Shown: positions 29,727 to 39,942 of the stretch, one piece after another
Layout of the letters: every line of letters starts with the position of its first letter
Position numbering within the stretch: position 1 is the stretch's first letter
Assembly (NCBI GenBank): GCA_002733995.1
Contig: NVXR01000010.1
Location: 35,663 to 99,662, forward strand
Length of the DNA stretch: 64,000 nt
Source of the DNA: Desulfotalea sp.
Lineage (GTDB): Bacteria > Desulfobacterota > Desulfobulbia > Desulfobulbales > Desulfocapsaceae
Reading direction: 5' to 3'
The notes under the pieces: model-generated
Database searches by the model: none
Seen by the model: only the letters and a program-made list of their open reading frames with translations
Told to the model about the DNA's origin: nothing
Made by a program: the position numbers and the translations under genes

Positions 29727-30305
29727 GTGGGCGTAGAACTGCTATTAATTGAAAGAAGTGGAAACAGCTGTGAACTCTGTTCAAGTAAAGATGACCTTGC
29801 GGTGTATGTTGTAGGGCCGGAGGGTGATACTCGTCAGGAATCGAGTGTTTTGCTCTGTGCTGTCTGTCGTGGTCAGATTGAAGATGCGCAGAAAACTGAT
29901 GAGCACCATTGGAGGTGTCTCAGCGACAGTATGTGGAGTCAGATACCAGCGGTTCAGGTACTTGCTTATCGCATGCTAACGAGGCTTTCGACAAACGCAT
30001 GGTCGCGGGATTTGCTCGATATGCTCTACCTTGAAGATGATGTTCTTGATTGGGCGAAAGATGGTGTTGAAGAGGTTGGAGTAGAATCTGTAATACACCG
30101 CGACGCCAACGGGACACAGCTTAGTATCGGTGACTCGGTAACCCTTATTAAAGACCTTAACGTTAAGGGGGGTGGGTTTACGGCAAAACGTGGAACTCTG
30201 GTGCGCTCAATCTCTCTTGTGGCTGATAACTCGGCACAAATTGAAGGTAAGGTGAGCGGCCAGCAGATCGTACTGTTGACCCAATTCGTAAAAAAAGCCG
30301 CTTGA
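29727..30305 (+). CDS. PhnA (YjdM-like) domain protein
   Basis: N-terminal CELC...CAVC zinc ribbon; HWRCL; C-terminal DANGTQLSIGDSVTLIKDLNVKG. Confidence 0.9.
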   Translation: MGVELLLIERSGNSCELCSSKDDLAVYVVGPEGDTRQESSVLLCAVCRGQIEDAQKTDEHHWRCLSDSMWSQIPAVQVLAYRMLTRLSTNAWSRDLLDMLYLEDDVLDWAKDGVEEVGVESVIHRDANGTQLSIGDSVTLIKDLNVKGGGFTAKRGTLVRSISLVADNSAQIEGKVSGQQIVLLTQFVKKAA

Positions 30306-30635
30306 GGTAAAACGAGGTCAATGGTTGCTGCGTCCGAGATGTCTCTCCGTTGAGGAGATGAGGTCGTCTGGGCTGGCAACTGTTGGCGCAAGGTACCGTG
30401 TCCGTCGCTATTTTGCAGTAGTTCAGCGAGGTCTATTTAGGGTTTTGTCCAACAGTCTTTGCAGGCTACTTAGCCAATAGTAAACGAATTTTTAGAGCTG
30501 CCCGAACTGTTGCAGACTCTGCTGTAAGCGATAGAGGAGAGCCGGTTGAAGAATTACAATTATATGAGAAAATCTGGGTGGAGGTTAATCGTTACGCTTA
30601 TTTGATAAAAGGTTAAATAACCTGAGGAAGGGACA

Positions 30636-31751
30636 ATGGCTTTATCATTTATGGAAGGGAATGAAGCTCTCGCTAGGGGAGCTATTGCTGCAGGATGTAA
30701 TTTCTTTGCGGGGTATCCGATTACTCCGGCCACCACTATTTTTACCAGTATGCTTAAGATGCTACCCCCAATCGGCGGTATCTGTGTCCAGGGCGAAGAT
30801 GAAATATCCTCAATGGGATATTGTCTTGGTGCAGCCATGGCGGGTAGCAAAGTATTGACCGCAACATCTGGGCCTGGAATGAGCCTGTACAGTGAACAGA
30901 TCTCCTTTGCCATTGGTAGTGAAATACCCCTTGTGATTGCAGATGTCCAGAGGCTTGGGCCTTCGACCGGTTCTGCAACGCGGGGAGCGGATAGCGATAT
31001 TCAATTTTTACGTTGGGGAAATACCGGTGGTCTGCCGGTTATCGTTCTGGTTCCCAAGGATGCTGAGGATTGTTATCTCCTGACCGTTCATGCATTTAAC
31101 TATGCAGAAGAATTTCGATGTCCTGTCTTTATTGCCTCCAATAAAGAGATTGGCATGACCAGGGAGAGCTTTGATCTTGACGGTGTTGAACTGCCTCCTC
31201 TTGTTGAACGGAAAATGTTTACCGGTGAGGATTATTTGCCCTTCCAGGCAGAAGAGGCAATGGCCCCCCCTTTCCTACCTATTGGTGGTAAAACACTTGT
31301 TAGACAGACCTCCTCTACCCATGGTCCCGATGGGTATATAACGAACTCCCCCGAAGTGATTGCTGCGACTCAGAAAAGACTGGAACGTAAAATTGTTGCA
31401 GCCGAAGAACGAATCACACTTTTTGAAGAAAATCGTAAAGAAGATGCCGATACCCTGATAATCTGCTACGGCGTTACAGCCAGGGCTGTTGCCGATGCAA
31501 GTGCTATGCTGGAACAGGCCGGTAGGATCGTTTCTACTCTTACCCTTAAGAGCCTCTGGCCCGTGCCTGAAAAATTGCTTAGGAAAAAAGCTGCCTCTTG
31601 CCGGCGAGTTGTGGTAATTGAAATGAACCAGGGACAGTATGTCGGGGAGATTCAAAAGGTACTTCTGGATAAAATAATCGAGTTCTATGGTCAGATGGAT
31701 GGGGCTTTGATTACCCCTGCAAAAATAATGGAGGTTGTTGCAAATGACTAG
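30636..31751 (+). CDS. 2-oxoacid:ferredoxin oxidoreductase alpha subunit
   Basis: EGNEALARGA, AGYPITP, EDEISS, TATSGPG and QRLGPSTG motifs. Confidence 0.94.
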   Translation: MALSFMEGNEALARGAIAAGCNFFAGYPITPATTIFTSMLKMLPPIGGICVQGEDEISSMGYCLGAAMAGSKVLTATSGPGMSLYSEQISFAIGSEIPLVIADVQRLGPSTGSATRGADSDIQFLRWGNTGGLPVIVLVPKDAEDCYLLTVHAFNYAEEFRCPVFIASNKEIGMTRESFDLDGVELPPLVERKMFTGEDYLPFQAEEAMAPPFLPIGGKTLVRQTSSTHGPDGYITNSPEVIAATQKRLERKIVAAEERITLFEENRKEDADTLIICYGVTARAVADASAMLEQAGRIVSTLTLKSLWPVPEKLLRKKAASCRRVVVIEMNQGQYVGEIQKVLLDKIIEFYGQMDGALITPAKIMEVVAND

Positions 31752-33039
31752 TTTTTTGAACGAAAACCGCCCTCCTGTTTTTTGTCCAGGCTGTACCCAT
31801 CAAAATATCACCAAAGGACTCGACAGGGCGTTACTACAGATTGGTTTTGCCGCTGATAAAACAGTTATTGTCAGTGATATTGGTTGTTCCGGCCTCTTTG
31901 ACACCTTCTTTAATGTCCACGCTTTCCATGGGCTTCATGGTCGTGCTTTGACCTATGCTTCCGGGCTAAAGCTCGCCAATCCTGGGTTGAATATCATTGT
32001 GACCATGGGGGATGGTGGGCTTGGTATTGGTGGTGCCCATCTGCTCGCTTCCTGTAGAAGAAATCTTGATCTCACCCTGCTTATTCTCAATAATTTCAAC
32101 TTTGGTATGACCGGTGGACAGTATTCCGTCACCACGCCGGGGGATGCAGTCGTAGGATCCGGTTTTTTAAACCAGGCAGAAATCCCTATTGATATCTGTG
32201 CTATAGCAGAAAGTGCAGGGGCCAGCTGGGTTGGCCGGTGTTCCGGTAATGGTGCCGATCTGAGTGATCAGATCCTTGCTGCAATGCAACACAAGGGGTT
32301 CTCGGTTCTGGAAACCCTTGGTTTGTGTACCGGCCGTTACACCAAAAAAAATAAGCTCACCACAAAAATCCTTGAGCAGATGCTTACGGAGTTACCTGCC
32401 AGGAATGGTCTGGTTGAAAAGAATGTACGGCCTGAATATGGCGATCTTTACAGGAAACTTGCTGCTGAAAAGACCAGTTTCCCAAAGCCGCTTAGCATCG
32501 CCCAAAAATTTATTCTTGAAAACGCGGAGCCGCAGGAAGTTCTCATCCTAGGCAGTGCAGGTATGAGGATTGTCACTGCCGGTGATATTGTCTGCTTCGC
32601 AGGGATGTCGGCAGGAATGAACGTTTCTATGAAAAATGACTATAATATTACGGTCCTTCGGGGGCAGTCTGTCAGTGAAATCCTGATTTCGCCTAATAAA
32701 ATTGGCTATGCAGGGGTGAAGAACCCTTCTGTAGTCTTGGCCCTCAGTGATGAAGGTGTGCACAGACGCATAGGCATCTTTAAGGACCTGGCGGCATCCG
32801 CCCTTGTTGTTAAGGAAAAAAATGTAGGAATTCCTGAAACACGGGCTGAGGTTTATGAAGTTGATTTTAAGGAATATAAGGTGAGTAAACCAGACTGGGC
32901 ATTGGCCTCACTCGGCGTTTTGGCGGCAAGGGGTCAGCTGTTCACTCGACCTATGCTTGAAGGTGCCATCAAAGCCCGTTTTAATGAAAAGCGCTCTCTC
33001 AAGGCCTTGGAAATAGTAGGAAAGATGATTCGGGCTTGA
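31744..33039 (+). CDS. 2-oxoacid:ferredoxin oxidoreductase beta subunit fused to a gamma-like domain
   Basis: FCPGC, DIGCS, HGRA, ThDP motif MGDGG...NNFNFGMTGGQ and LCT; C-terminal gamma-like ILGSAGMRI...LRGQSVSEILIS. Confidence 0.9.
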   Translation: MTSFLNENRPPVFCPGCTHQNITKGLDRALLQIGFAADKTVIVSDIGCSGLFDTFFNVHAFHGLHGRALTYASGLKLANPGLNIIVTMGDGGLGIGGAHLLASCRRNLDLTLLILNNFNFGMTGGQYSVTTPGDAVVGSGFLNQAEIPIDICAIAESAGASWVGRCSGNGADLSDQILAAMQHKGFSVLETLGLCTGRYTKKNKLTTKILEQMLTELPARNGLVEKNVRPEYGDLYRKLAAEKTSFPKPLSIAQKFILENAEPQEVLILGSAGMRIVTAGDIVCFAGMSAGMNVSMKNDYNITVLRGQSVSEILISPNKIGYAGVKNPSVVLALSDEGVHRRIGIFKDLAASALVVKEKNVGIPETRAEVYEVDFKEYKVSKPDWALASLGVLAARGQLFTRPMLEGAIKARFNEKRSLKALEIVGKMIRA

Positions 33040-33180
33040 CGGAGTAAAGCCCCTGTTTAATTGCCGATCCAGAGCTGTACTCCTGTAACTCTTGAGACAA
33101 ACGGATCTCTTCCAAGAGGGCTTTCTGCCTGCGGGTGTGATCCTGGAAAATTTTGCAACTGGTGTTGAACAATACAAAAG

Positions 33181-34926
33181 GTGACGTCATTGAATAAGGC
33201 CATCAGCGATAAAGACATTGTTGCTTGTCTCAGTAGCGCAATCATTGCCACCGATGAGCATGGACGTATTACCCATGTTAACCGGGAGAGTGAAAAGAAA
33301 TTACACCTTGTAGCGCCAGAGCTGATAGGTGAAAACATTGCAGACGTTCTCCCAGTCTTGGCTACGGTTGTTATGGAGTGCTTGGCGGACGGTGTACAAG
33401 TCATGGATAAACTCGTTGAGCTGGTTGACCTGCAATGTGTTATCCATGTCAATCCCGTTTGGTCTGCTGGGGGGCTTGTCGGCGCTGTCTTGAGTTTCAA
33501 TGTATCAGATATGTCCGAAGTCTCGGTCAGGAAATCTGATTCTTATAAGGAATTGAATCGACAGCTCAAAACTATTATTGGTGCCTCTTCAGATGGCATA
33601 TGGGTCTGTAACGCCAAGGGCGTTGTGGTCACGATTAATAGCGCCTCGGAATCCCTTAACGGTATTAAGGCAAGGGACGTTATCGGCAAGAATGTTTCAA
33701 ATCTTCTCGACAATAACAATTTCGACCAGCTGGTAACCACTAAGGTTCTCGAAAGTGGTCAACAAGAGACTATCGTTCAACATGTAAAAAAAACCAACAG
33801 GCTTTTGTTGTGTACAGGCACCCCCGCACGTGATGAAAGCGGAAATGTTGCGCTTATTGTTGTCAACGAAAGAGACATGACTGAGCTTGAAAACCTGCGT
33901 ACTAAATTCGAACAAAATAAAAAAATCACCGCTAAATTTAAGGAAGAGTTGTCAGAATTATCACTGCGTGAACTTGAGCAGAACAGCATTATTGCGGACA
34001 GTAGTCAGATGCAGCAAATTCTTCAAAAATCAAAAAAACTTGCTCATATTGGTGCCTCCAATATCTTGATTCTTGGGGCTTCGGGTACCGGAAAAGGTTT
34101 GTTGGCAAAGTCCATTCATAAAAACAGCAGTAGGCGTGAGAATGCCTTTATTGAAATCAACTGTGCAGCAATACCAGAAAATCTGCTGGAGGCTGAGCTC
34201 TTTGGTTTCGAAAGAGGGGCGTTCAGTGGTGCAGCAGAAGTCGGCAAGGTAGGTCTGTTTGAGCTGGCCCAGGGAGGAACGATTTTTCTCGATGAGATTG
34301 GGGATATGCCTCTAAACTTGCAGACAAAACTCCTCAAGTATCTCGACGATAAACAGTTTAGACGTCTTGGCGGAACGAAGGAAATAAAGGTTGAATGTTC
34401 GACAATTTCCGCCACCAATCGAAATCTGCAGGAGCGGGTACAAGACAATCTGTTTCGGGAGGATTTGTTTTATCGTCTGAGCAGCTTTACCCTGGAGATT
34501 CCCTCTCTGTGCGATCGCAGGGATGATATTCCCGGATTGGTTCACTTCTATCTGGAAAAATACAATAAAAAATATAATAGGTTGATCCGGGTCAGCGCCT
34601 CTGTGGTTGCGCAGCTGAAAACCTACTCCTTTCCGGGTAATGTTCGTGAATTAAAAAATATAATTGAAAATGGAGTGGTCCTCAGTGAAGATGCAACCCT
34701 GGATAGATACCTTGCAAATATAGGAAAAGGTAACCCTCCCTTGGTTACAAATGTTGATCTTTCGACAGCGTCTGCTGATATGGATTTATCCGCCACCCTT
34801 AATGAGGTTGAAAAGCAACTCCTTATTAAGGCCAAACAGCGTTGCAACACGACTCGACAGATGTCCAAGGTTCTCAATATCTGCCAATCAACTGTAGTGA
34901 GGAAAATGCAGAAACATGGTTTGTAA
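33181..34926 (+). CDS. Sigma-54-dependent enhancer-binding protein with PAS domains and a TyrR-like HTH
   Basis: Two PAS-like segments; Walker A GASGTGKG; INCAAIP, GAFSGA, FLDEIG, FREDLFYRL and GNVREL motifs; C-terminal TTRQMSKVLNICQSTVVRK. Confidence 0.95.
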   Translation: MTSLNKAISDKDIVACLSSAIIATDEHGRITHVNRESEKKLHLVAPELIGENIADVLPVLATVVMECLADGVQVMDKLVELVDLQCVIHVNPVWSAGGLVGAVLSFNVSDMSEVSVRKSDSYKELNRQLKTIIGASSDGIWVCNAKGVVVTINSASESLNGIKARDVIGKNVSNLLDNNNFDQLVTTKVLESGQQETIVQHVKKTNRLLLCTGTPARDESGNVALIVVNERDMTELENLRTKFEQNKKITAKFKEELSELSLRELEQNSIIADSSQMQQILQKSKKLAHIGASNILILGASGTGKGLLAKSIHKNSSRRENAFIEINCAAIPENLLEAELFGFERGAFSGAAEVGKVGLFELAQGGTIFLDEIGDMPLNLQTKLLKYLDDKQFRRLGGTKEIKVECSTISATNRNLQERVQDNLFREDLFYRLSSFTLEIPSLCDRRDDIPGLVHFYLEKYNKKYNRLIRVSASVVAQLKTYSFPGNVRELKNIIENGVVLSEDATLDRYLANIGKGNPPLVTNVDLSTASADMDLSATLNEVEKQLLIKAKQRCNTTRQMSKVLNICQSTVVRKMQKHGL

Positions 34927-35051
34927 GCAAGTATGTGTGTCTGCGGGATAGTTATGCCAGAGGCAAGCTGGTCTTTTGTGCATGGTGAGTTGTTATTATT
35001 CCACGTCTCATTCCTATAAAAGGGATGTAAGCCACTAACTGGAGGAACGAA

Positions 35052-35321
35052 ATGCAATTGGAGCCGGACAAAGAAGTAAAAATTGAAGTAACGCAATGCG
35101 ATTGTGACCTCATGAAAAAAGGGGACTGCCTTTACCTGAAGGGCCCCATGATCGATAAGGATAAATCTGATACTATTTGTGTGACGGCGCTTACCGCGAT
35201 TTACCCCTGGGTCATGACGGCTCGTTTTGGCGTTGAATCTAAAAATCTGGAATTTGATCAGGGCTGTTATAAGGTCTGGTGTCCAGAAAAATTAGTGGAG
35301 TTTAGTATTCGTCCGCTTTAA
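35052..35321 (+). CDS. TIGR04076-family small protein
   Basis: KIEVTQCDC...KGD, CVTALTAIYPWVMTARFG and WCPE pattern; GGAGG RBS. Confidence 0.75.
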   Translation: MQLEPDKEVKIEVTQCDCDLMKKGDCLYLKGPMIDKDKSDTICVTALTAIYPWVMTARFGVESKNLEFDQGCYKVWCPEKLVEFSIRPL

Positions 35322-35375
35322 CTGAACAGGTTTGTTGTCGCGGTGGACAGGAAGGTAGTCGTCTTTGTCGTCGTT

Positions 35376-35630
35376 CTTGATGCGCTGTTGCATCAAGATG
35401 TGCTTCCAGGCACAGCTGGTGGGTGGGTGAGTATGGTGGGATCACGGTGAAGTCGCGATAACTCATCCGGTTTCAGTATAAATAATAATCTGTAAGTGCA
35501 CGTTATCTAAGGTATATTCTCCTGTCGATTACTGCGGCTATTTTATCACTTTTCCGCTGATGCGTTTTGGCATCAGCGGATTGGTCCGTAAAAACAGAGC
35601 CATATGTATATTTGATGCGATTTAGCATCG
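35376..35630. promoter_or_regulatory. Three TGATGC-N6-GCATC(A/G) palindromes: candidate upstream activator sequences for the gabT sigma-54 promoter
   Basis: Copies at 35378-35395 (TGATGCgctgttGCATCA), 35558-35575 (TGATGCgttttgGCATCA, extending to an 11-bp inverted repeat 35553-35580) and 35613-35630 (TGATGCgatttaGCATCG). Confidence 0.75.
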
Positions 35631-35703
35631 ACGGGGACCTTGTGTTCAGGCTGTTCTCTGGCTATCATTGCGTTATTCCTCAGTAAAACATGTTTCTATC
35701 TTT

Positions 35704-35719
35704 TGGTATTGTTCTTGCT
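35704..35719 (+). promoter_or_regulatory. Sigma-54 (-24/-12) promoter of gabT
   Basis: TGGTATTGTTCTTGCT: GG-N10-GC with TTGCT, 55 nt upstream of the gabT ATG. Confidence 0.8.
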
Positions 35720-35773
35720 TAATAGGAGACAGGACTGCACGTTGTCTCTTATTAATCAATACAGGGGTAGAAA

Positions 35774-37081
35774 ATGACACAGCCACAAACAAATGCATCT
35801 TTAAATGAACGTCGAAAGAATGTTATCGCCAAAGGTTTTGGTAGTTCCACCGATAAATACATTGCCCACGCTAAAGGCGCGGTGATTACCGATGTTGAAG
35901 GCCAGGATTATCTCGATTTTGCCGGTGGTATTGCAGTGATGAATGTGGGGCATTCCCATCCAAAGGTGGTCAAAGCCCTGAAGGATCAGGCCGAAAAATT
36001 TACCCACACCTGCTTTATGGTTGCCCCCTATGAATCACCGGTAACACTTGCAGAAAAGTTGTGTGAAGCAGCTCCTGGGGATTCTAAAAAAGCGGTCATG
36101 TTTGTTAGTAGTGGCGCGGAAGCTGTTGAAAATGCGGTAAAAATTGCACGGTATTACACTCAGAAAACAGGGGTGATTGCCTTTGACTGCGCCTTCCATG
36201 GTCGTACCTTAATGGGCATGACTCTTTCCTCTAAAATCAAGCCCTACAAACATGGTCTTGGCCCCTTTGCCCCTGAAGTGTACCGCATGCCGTATGCAAA
36301 CTGTTATCGCTGCCCGTTCGGCAAAGAGCATCCTTCCTGTGATCTTGCCTGTGCAGATTACATGGAGGACTTTTTGATAAACCATGTAGGCGCTGAGCAG
36401 ACGGCTGCAATTATCATTGAGCCAATTCAGGGAGAAGGTGGTTTTATTGTACCTCCTAAAGAGTATTTTAAGCGTTTGAAGGCTATCTGCGAGAAACACT
36501 CCATCCTCATGATTGCCGATGAAATCCAGACCGGAATTGGCCGGACCGGTTATATGTTTGCAATGGAATATTATGGAATTGAGGCGGATATTACCACCGT
36601 TGCCAAAAGCCTCGGTGCAGGAATGCCTATAAGTGCCGTCATTGGCAAGAAAGAGATAATGGACTCTGTGCATCCTGGTGGTATTGGTGGGACCTATAGT
36701 GCTAACCCGATGGCTTGTGAAGCGGCCCTCGCTGTTTTTGATATCTTTGAAACGGAAGATCTTCTTGCTAAGGCAAAGGTTCTTGGGGAGAAGCTTTATT
36801 CAACGTTAAAAGCATTCCAGGAAAAGCACTCATTTATCGGTGACGTGCGCGGTGTTGGGCCGATGATCGCAATGGAATTTGTTTTGGATAAAGAGAAAAA
36901 GACACCTGCACCTGACAAGGCTAAGCAACTTGTTGACTTTTGTTTGCAGAGAAATCTTATTATTTTAGCCTGCGGCACCTATGGAAACGTTATCCGGTTA
37001 CTCATGCCTCTGGTTATCACCGAAGAACAGTTGACCAAAGGTTTGGAAATTATGGGAGATGGGCTGACCGCCATCAGCTGA
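35774..37081 (+). CDS. gabT: 4-aminobutyrate/5-aminovalerate--2-oxoglutarate transaminase (class III PLP)
   Basis: DFAGGIAVMNVGHSHP, SGAEAVENAVKIAR, FHGRT, EPIQGEGG, DEIQTG, VAKSL (PLP lysine) and GGTY motifs. Confidence 0.92.
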   Translation: MTQPQTNASLNERRKNVIAKGFGSSTDKYIAHAKGAVITDVEGQDYLDFAGGIAVMNVGHSHPKVVKALKDQAEKFTHTCFMVAPYESPVTLAEKLCEAAPGDSKKAVMFVSSGAEAVENAVKIARYYTQKTGVIAFDCAFHGRTLMGMTLSSKIKPYKHGLGPFAPEVYRMPYANCYRCPFGKEHPSCDLACADYMEDFLINHVGAEQTAAIIIEPIQGEGGFIVPPKEYFKRLKAICEKHSILMIADEIQTGIGRTGYMFAMEYYGIEADITTVAKSLGAGMPISAVIGKKEIMDSVHPGGIGGTYSANPMACEAALAVFDIFETEDLLAKAKVLGEKLYSTLKAFQEKHSFIGDVRGVGPMIAMEFVLDKEKKTPAPDKAKQLVDFCLQRNLIILACGTYGNVIRLLMPLVITEEQLTKGLEIMGDGLTAIS

Positions 37082-37298
37082 TAGGGCGCTGAAATATGCA
37101 GCCTTGTTGGTTTACGGGGTTGGATTCAGGTAACACATTTATGTTCTGGTTTTACGGTATCACGACCTTCATCAGCCGTGTCGTTTACTGGGAGATAAAT
37201 GTGTTACTCATTTTTAAAGGATTGACGGTGCCGAGTGAAACACCTTATCGAAGGGCGGATTAATCTATTTGCACTATTCATGATCAACGAGGGAACAT

Positions 37299-39062
37299 AT
37301 GTTTGGACATTATAATCGCATTTTAACAATCAATCTCACAGATAGATCGGTGCTCATTGAACCGGTCACCGATGAGGTTCTTGCCGAATGCTCCGGAGGT
37401 AAGGGCTTGGCGACACGTCTGCTGCTTGAGCGAAATACGCCGGGCGTCGATCCTCTTTCGCCGGGGAATCATCTTATCTTTGCCACGGGTTCCTTCTGTG
37501 GTGGACGTATGTGGGGTGCCAGTAGATATGGGGTCTATACCAAATCCCCCCTCACCGGTTTTTACGCTGAATCCTATTCTGGTGGTAAGGTTCCTGAGGC
37601 CATCGACTCTGCAGGATTTGATGCAATTATTCTGACGGGTAAAGCTGATAAGCCAACTGTTCTTACCATCACCCCCGATGGTGCCGAATTTCACGATGCG
37701 GGTGATTTATGGGGGACTGATTCGATTGTGGCGGAAGAAATTGTGGAAAAACGCTATGCCACAGATAATAAGGACTATCGCAAAGCCGGGGCCGTCACCA
37801 TTGGGCCGGCCGGAGAAAAAATGGTCAGGTTCGCTCTTATCGCCAACGACAAATGGCGGTGTGCAGGCAGAACGGGTGCGGGTGCTGTAATGGGGTCCAA
37901 ACATGTTAAGGCCATCGTTTTTCAGGGTGACAAAAAACGCCAATACGCCGATCCGGATGCCGTTGCCCTGTTTGCTAAAGAATTTGGCAAAAAAAACAGT
38001 CAGGGTCCAGCTGCCAAAGCCTATAAAGCAATGGGCACTACCATGATGGTTTCCCTGATGAATAATGTGGGAGCCTTTCCAACCAAATACTGGAGCCAGG
38101 GCTCCTGCGAGCACTGGGAAAAGATAAGTGGGGAACAGTTTCACGCAGACCATGAAATAAAACCCCATGCCTGTGCAAAATGTTTTATGGCCTGTGGTCG
38201 CATGGCAAAAATAAAAAAGGGCCGGCATAAAGGACTTCAACTGGAAGGACCGGAGTATGAGACTATCTACTCCTTCGGTGGAATTTGTATGGTCGACGAT
38301 ATGGCTGAAATTGTACACCTCAACGATATCTGCGATAGATTGGGGATGGATACGATCACCGCCGGTAATCTTTGTGGCTTGGCTATTGAGGCTAAACTGC
38401 GGGGCAAGATTGATTACGATATTGAGTACGGAAATGTTGACCAGATCGCAAGGCTTCTGCAGATGATATCCGATCGTGATGGTATTGGAGATATTCTTGC
38501 CGACGGTATTATTCCAGCTTCAAAGGACTGGGGAGTAGAAGATATTGCAATCCATGTAAAGGGGCTAGAACCCGCTGGATATGACCCTAGGGCGCTTAAA
38601 GGGATGGGACTTACCTTTGGTACCTCTCCTAGAGGTGCATGTCACTTGAGGACAACATTTTATAAACCTGAGCTTTCAGGCCTTATTCCGCCGGACCAGA
38701 CTGAAGACAAGGCTGAAATGCTTATTCAGTATGAGGACCGCCTTAATATTTTTGATACCTTGGTACTCTGTCGCTTTTATCGGGATATGTATACCTGGGA
38801 TGAGTTAGAGCCAGCTGTGCGGGCTGTTACTGGACTGCCAAGCACCCAGGCTGATCTTGAGAAAATTGCTCGAAATATCATCAATATGACCAGACAATTC
38901 AACCTGCAGGAAGGGTTAGTTCCCGAGGACGATAGGTTGCCTAAGCGTATCCATAAAGAGGCTTTGCCTTCAGGAGAGTCTCTCTCCTTCGAGGAAATGG
39001 AATATATGTTACAGGACTATTATCGGTTGAGAAACTGGGATGAAGCGGGCGTGCCACTCTAG
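37299..39062 (+). CDS. Aldehyde:ferredoxin oxidoreductase (tungstopterin AOR family)
   Basis: KSPLTG, IGPAGEK, AGRTGAGAVMGSKHVKAI, CAKCFMACG, EGPEYET, DRLGMDTI and RGACHL motifs. Confidence 0.95.
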   Translation: MFGHYNRILTINLTDRSVLIEPVTDEVLAECSGGKGLATRLLLERNTPGVDPLSPGNHLIFATGSFCGGRMWGASRYGVYTKSPLTGFYAESYSGGKVPEAIDSAGFDAIILTGKADKPTVLTITPDGAEFHDAGDLWGTDSIVAEEIVEKRYATDNKDYRKAGAVTIGPAGEKMVRFALIANDKWRCAGRTGAGAVMGSKHVKAIVFQGDKKRQYADPDAVALFAKEFGKKNSQGPAAKAYKAMGTTMMVSLMNNVGAFPTKYWSQGSCEHWEKISGEQFHADHEIKPHACAKCFMACGRMAKIKKGRHKGLQLEGPEYETIYSFGGICMVDDMAEIVHLNDICDRLGMDTITAGNLCGLAIEAKLRGKIDYDIEYGNVDQIARLLQMISDRDGIGDILADGIIPASKDWGVEDIAIHVKGLEPAGYDPRALKGMGLTFGTSPRGACHLRTTFYKPELSGLIPPDQTEDKAEMLIQYEDRLNIFDTLVLCRFYRDMYTWDELEPAVRAVTGLPSTQADLEKIARNIINMTRQFNLQEGLVPEDDRLPKRIHKEALPSGESLSFEEMEYMLQDYYRLRNWDEAGVPL

Positions 39063-39288
39063 GATCTAGGCATAAGGTCACCATTCAATAATGGGCCAAC
39101 GATGTTGTTGTGCTCATTATTTAAGGTTAGCCAGAAGCCAATGTTCTGGCAAGATAATGGTCGTGGGGATAGCCGCAAATTCAGTGGCTGTCTCGGGCCC
39201 AAAAACACAAACAAGCACCCTCCGTTTCCGGCAAGGTGCTGTGGCTGATTCGTCGTGCTACGAAGAGTAAGCGTAGGGCCTGTATGGC

Positions 39289-39807
39289 TCAGGAACTTTC
39301 GGGTGGCACCATGGTCACAGGAATTGTACTCTTTTTCAATATGCGTTTTGCGGTACTACCAACGGCTGTTTTAGAGAACATGTTCTTATGCCCCCCAAGT
39401 ACAATAAGGCCGCATTCATTTTTCTGAGAATGGCTTAGGATTTCTGCCACGATATCACCGTGGCTAATTATTATTTCACGGGATGTGAAATCGGCTGAAC
39501 CTTTCTGCATATCTTCCTGTTTGCAGAAATCATGTATTGCCTTTCTTACAACTGAGTTTGTGGGAGTCTTGCCGAGCAGGGATTTGTGGGCGGTTAGTTT
39601 ATGGGAGTCGAGCATTTCTTCCCATTGATGAACACCAACAATGTTTTTTACTCTTACATCCACATGTTCGGACAGTTTTTCAATCACATAGAGCATATAT
39701 ATCGTTGCATCCAGGCGGGTTGCTATATCGATAGTGAAGTCAAAAGCCCGCTGGCAATTTGCTGTTAAGTCTGTTGCAAAGAGAATCGATGTAACCGGTT
39801 TTATCAT
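39289..39807 (-). CDS. Universal stress protein (UspA family)
   Basis: ILFATDL...; IVLGGH...VGSTAKRILKKSTIPVTMVP. Confidence 0.9.
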   Translation of the reverse strand: MIKPVTSILFATDLTANCQRAFDFTIDIATRLDATIYMLYVIEKLSEHVDVRVKNIVGVHQWEEMLDSHKLTAHKSLLGKTPTNSVVRKAIHDFCKQEDMQKGSADFTSREIIISHGDIVAEILSHSQKNECGLIVLGGHKNMFSKTAVGSTAKRILKKSTIPVTMVPPESS

Positions 39808-39942
39808 GGTATTTTTACCTTCCATTCAATGTGAAATCCCGAAAAATTCTGGGTAAAAAACTCTTCGTTAATCTAGCTTTACTAGGCACCAACCCGGATA
39901 GTTTCGTCTTATTCAGAATAAGTGCCTTTCTGTTTCAGCGGC

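Noticed and set aside
37082-37298. Moco/Tuco riboswitch upstream of AOR
   Set aside because: Only a GAAACACC fragment is present; the CCUAAG and CCUCCC/GGAAAGG elements are not recognisable.
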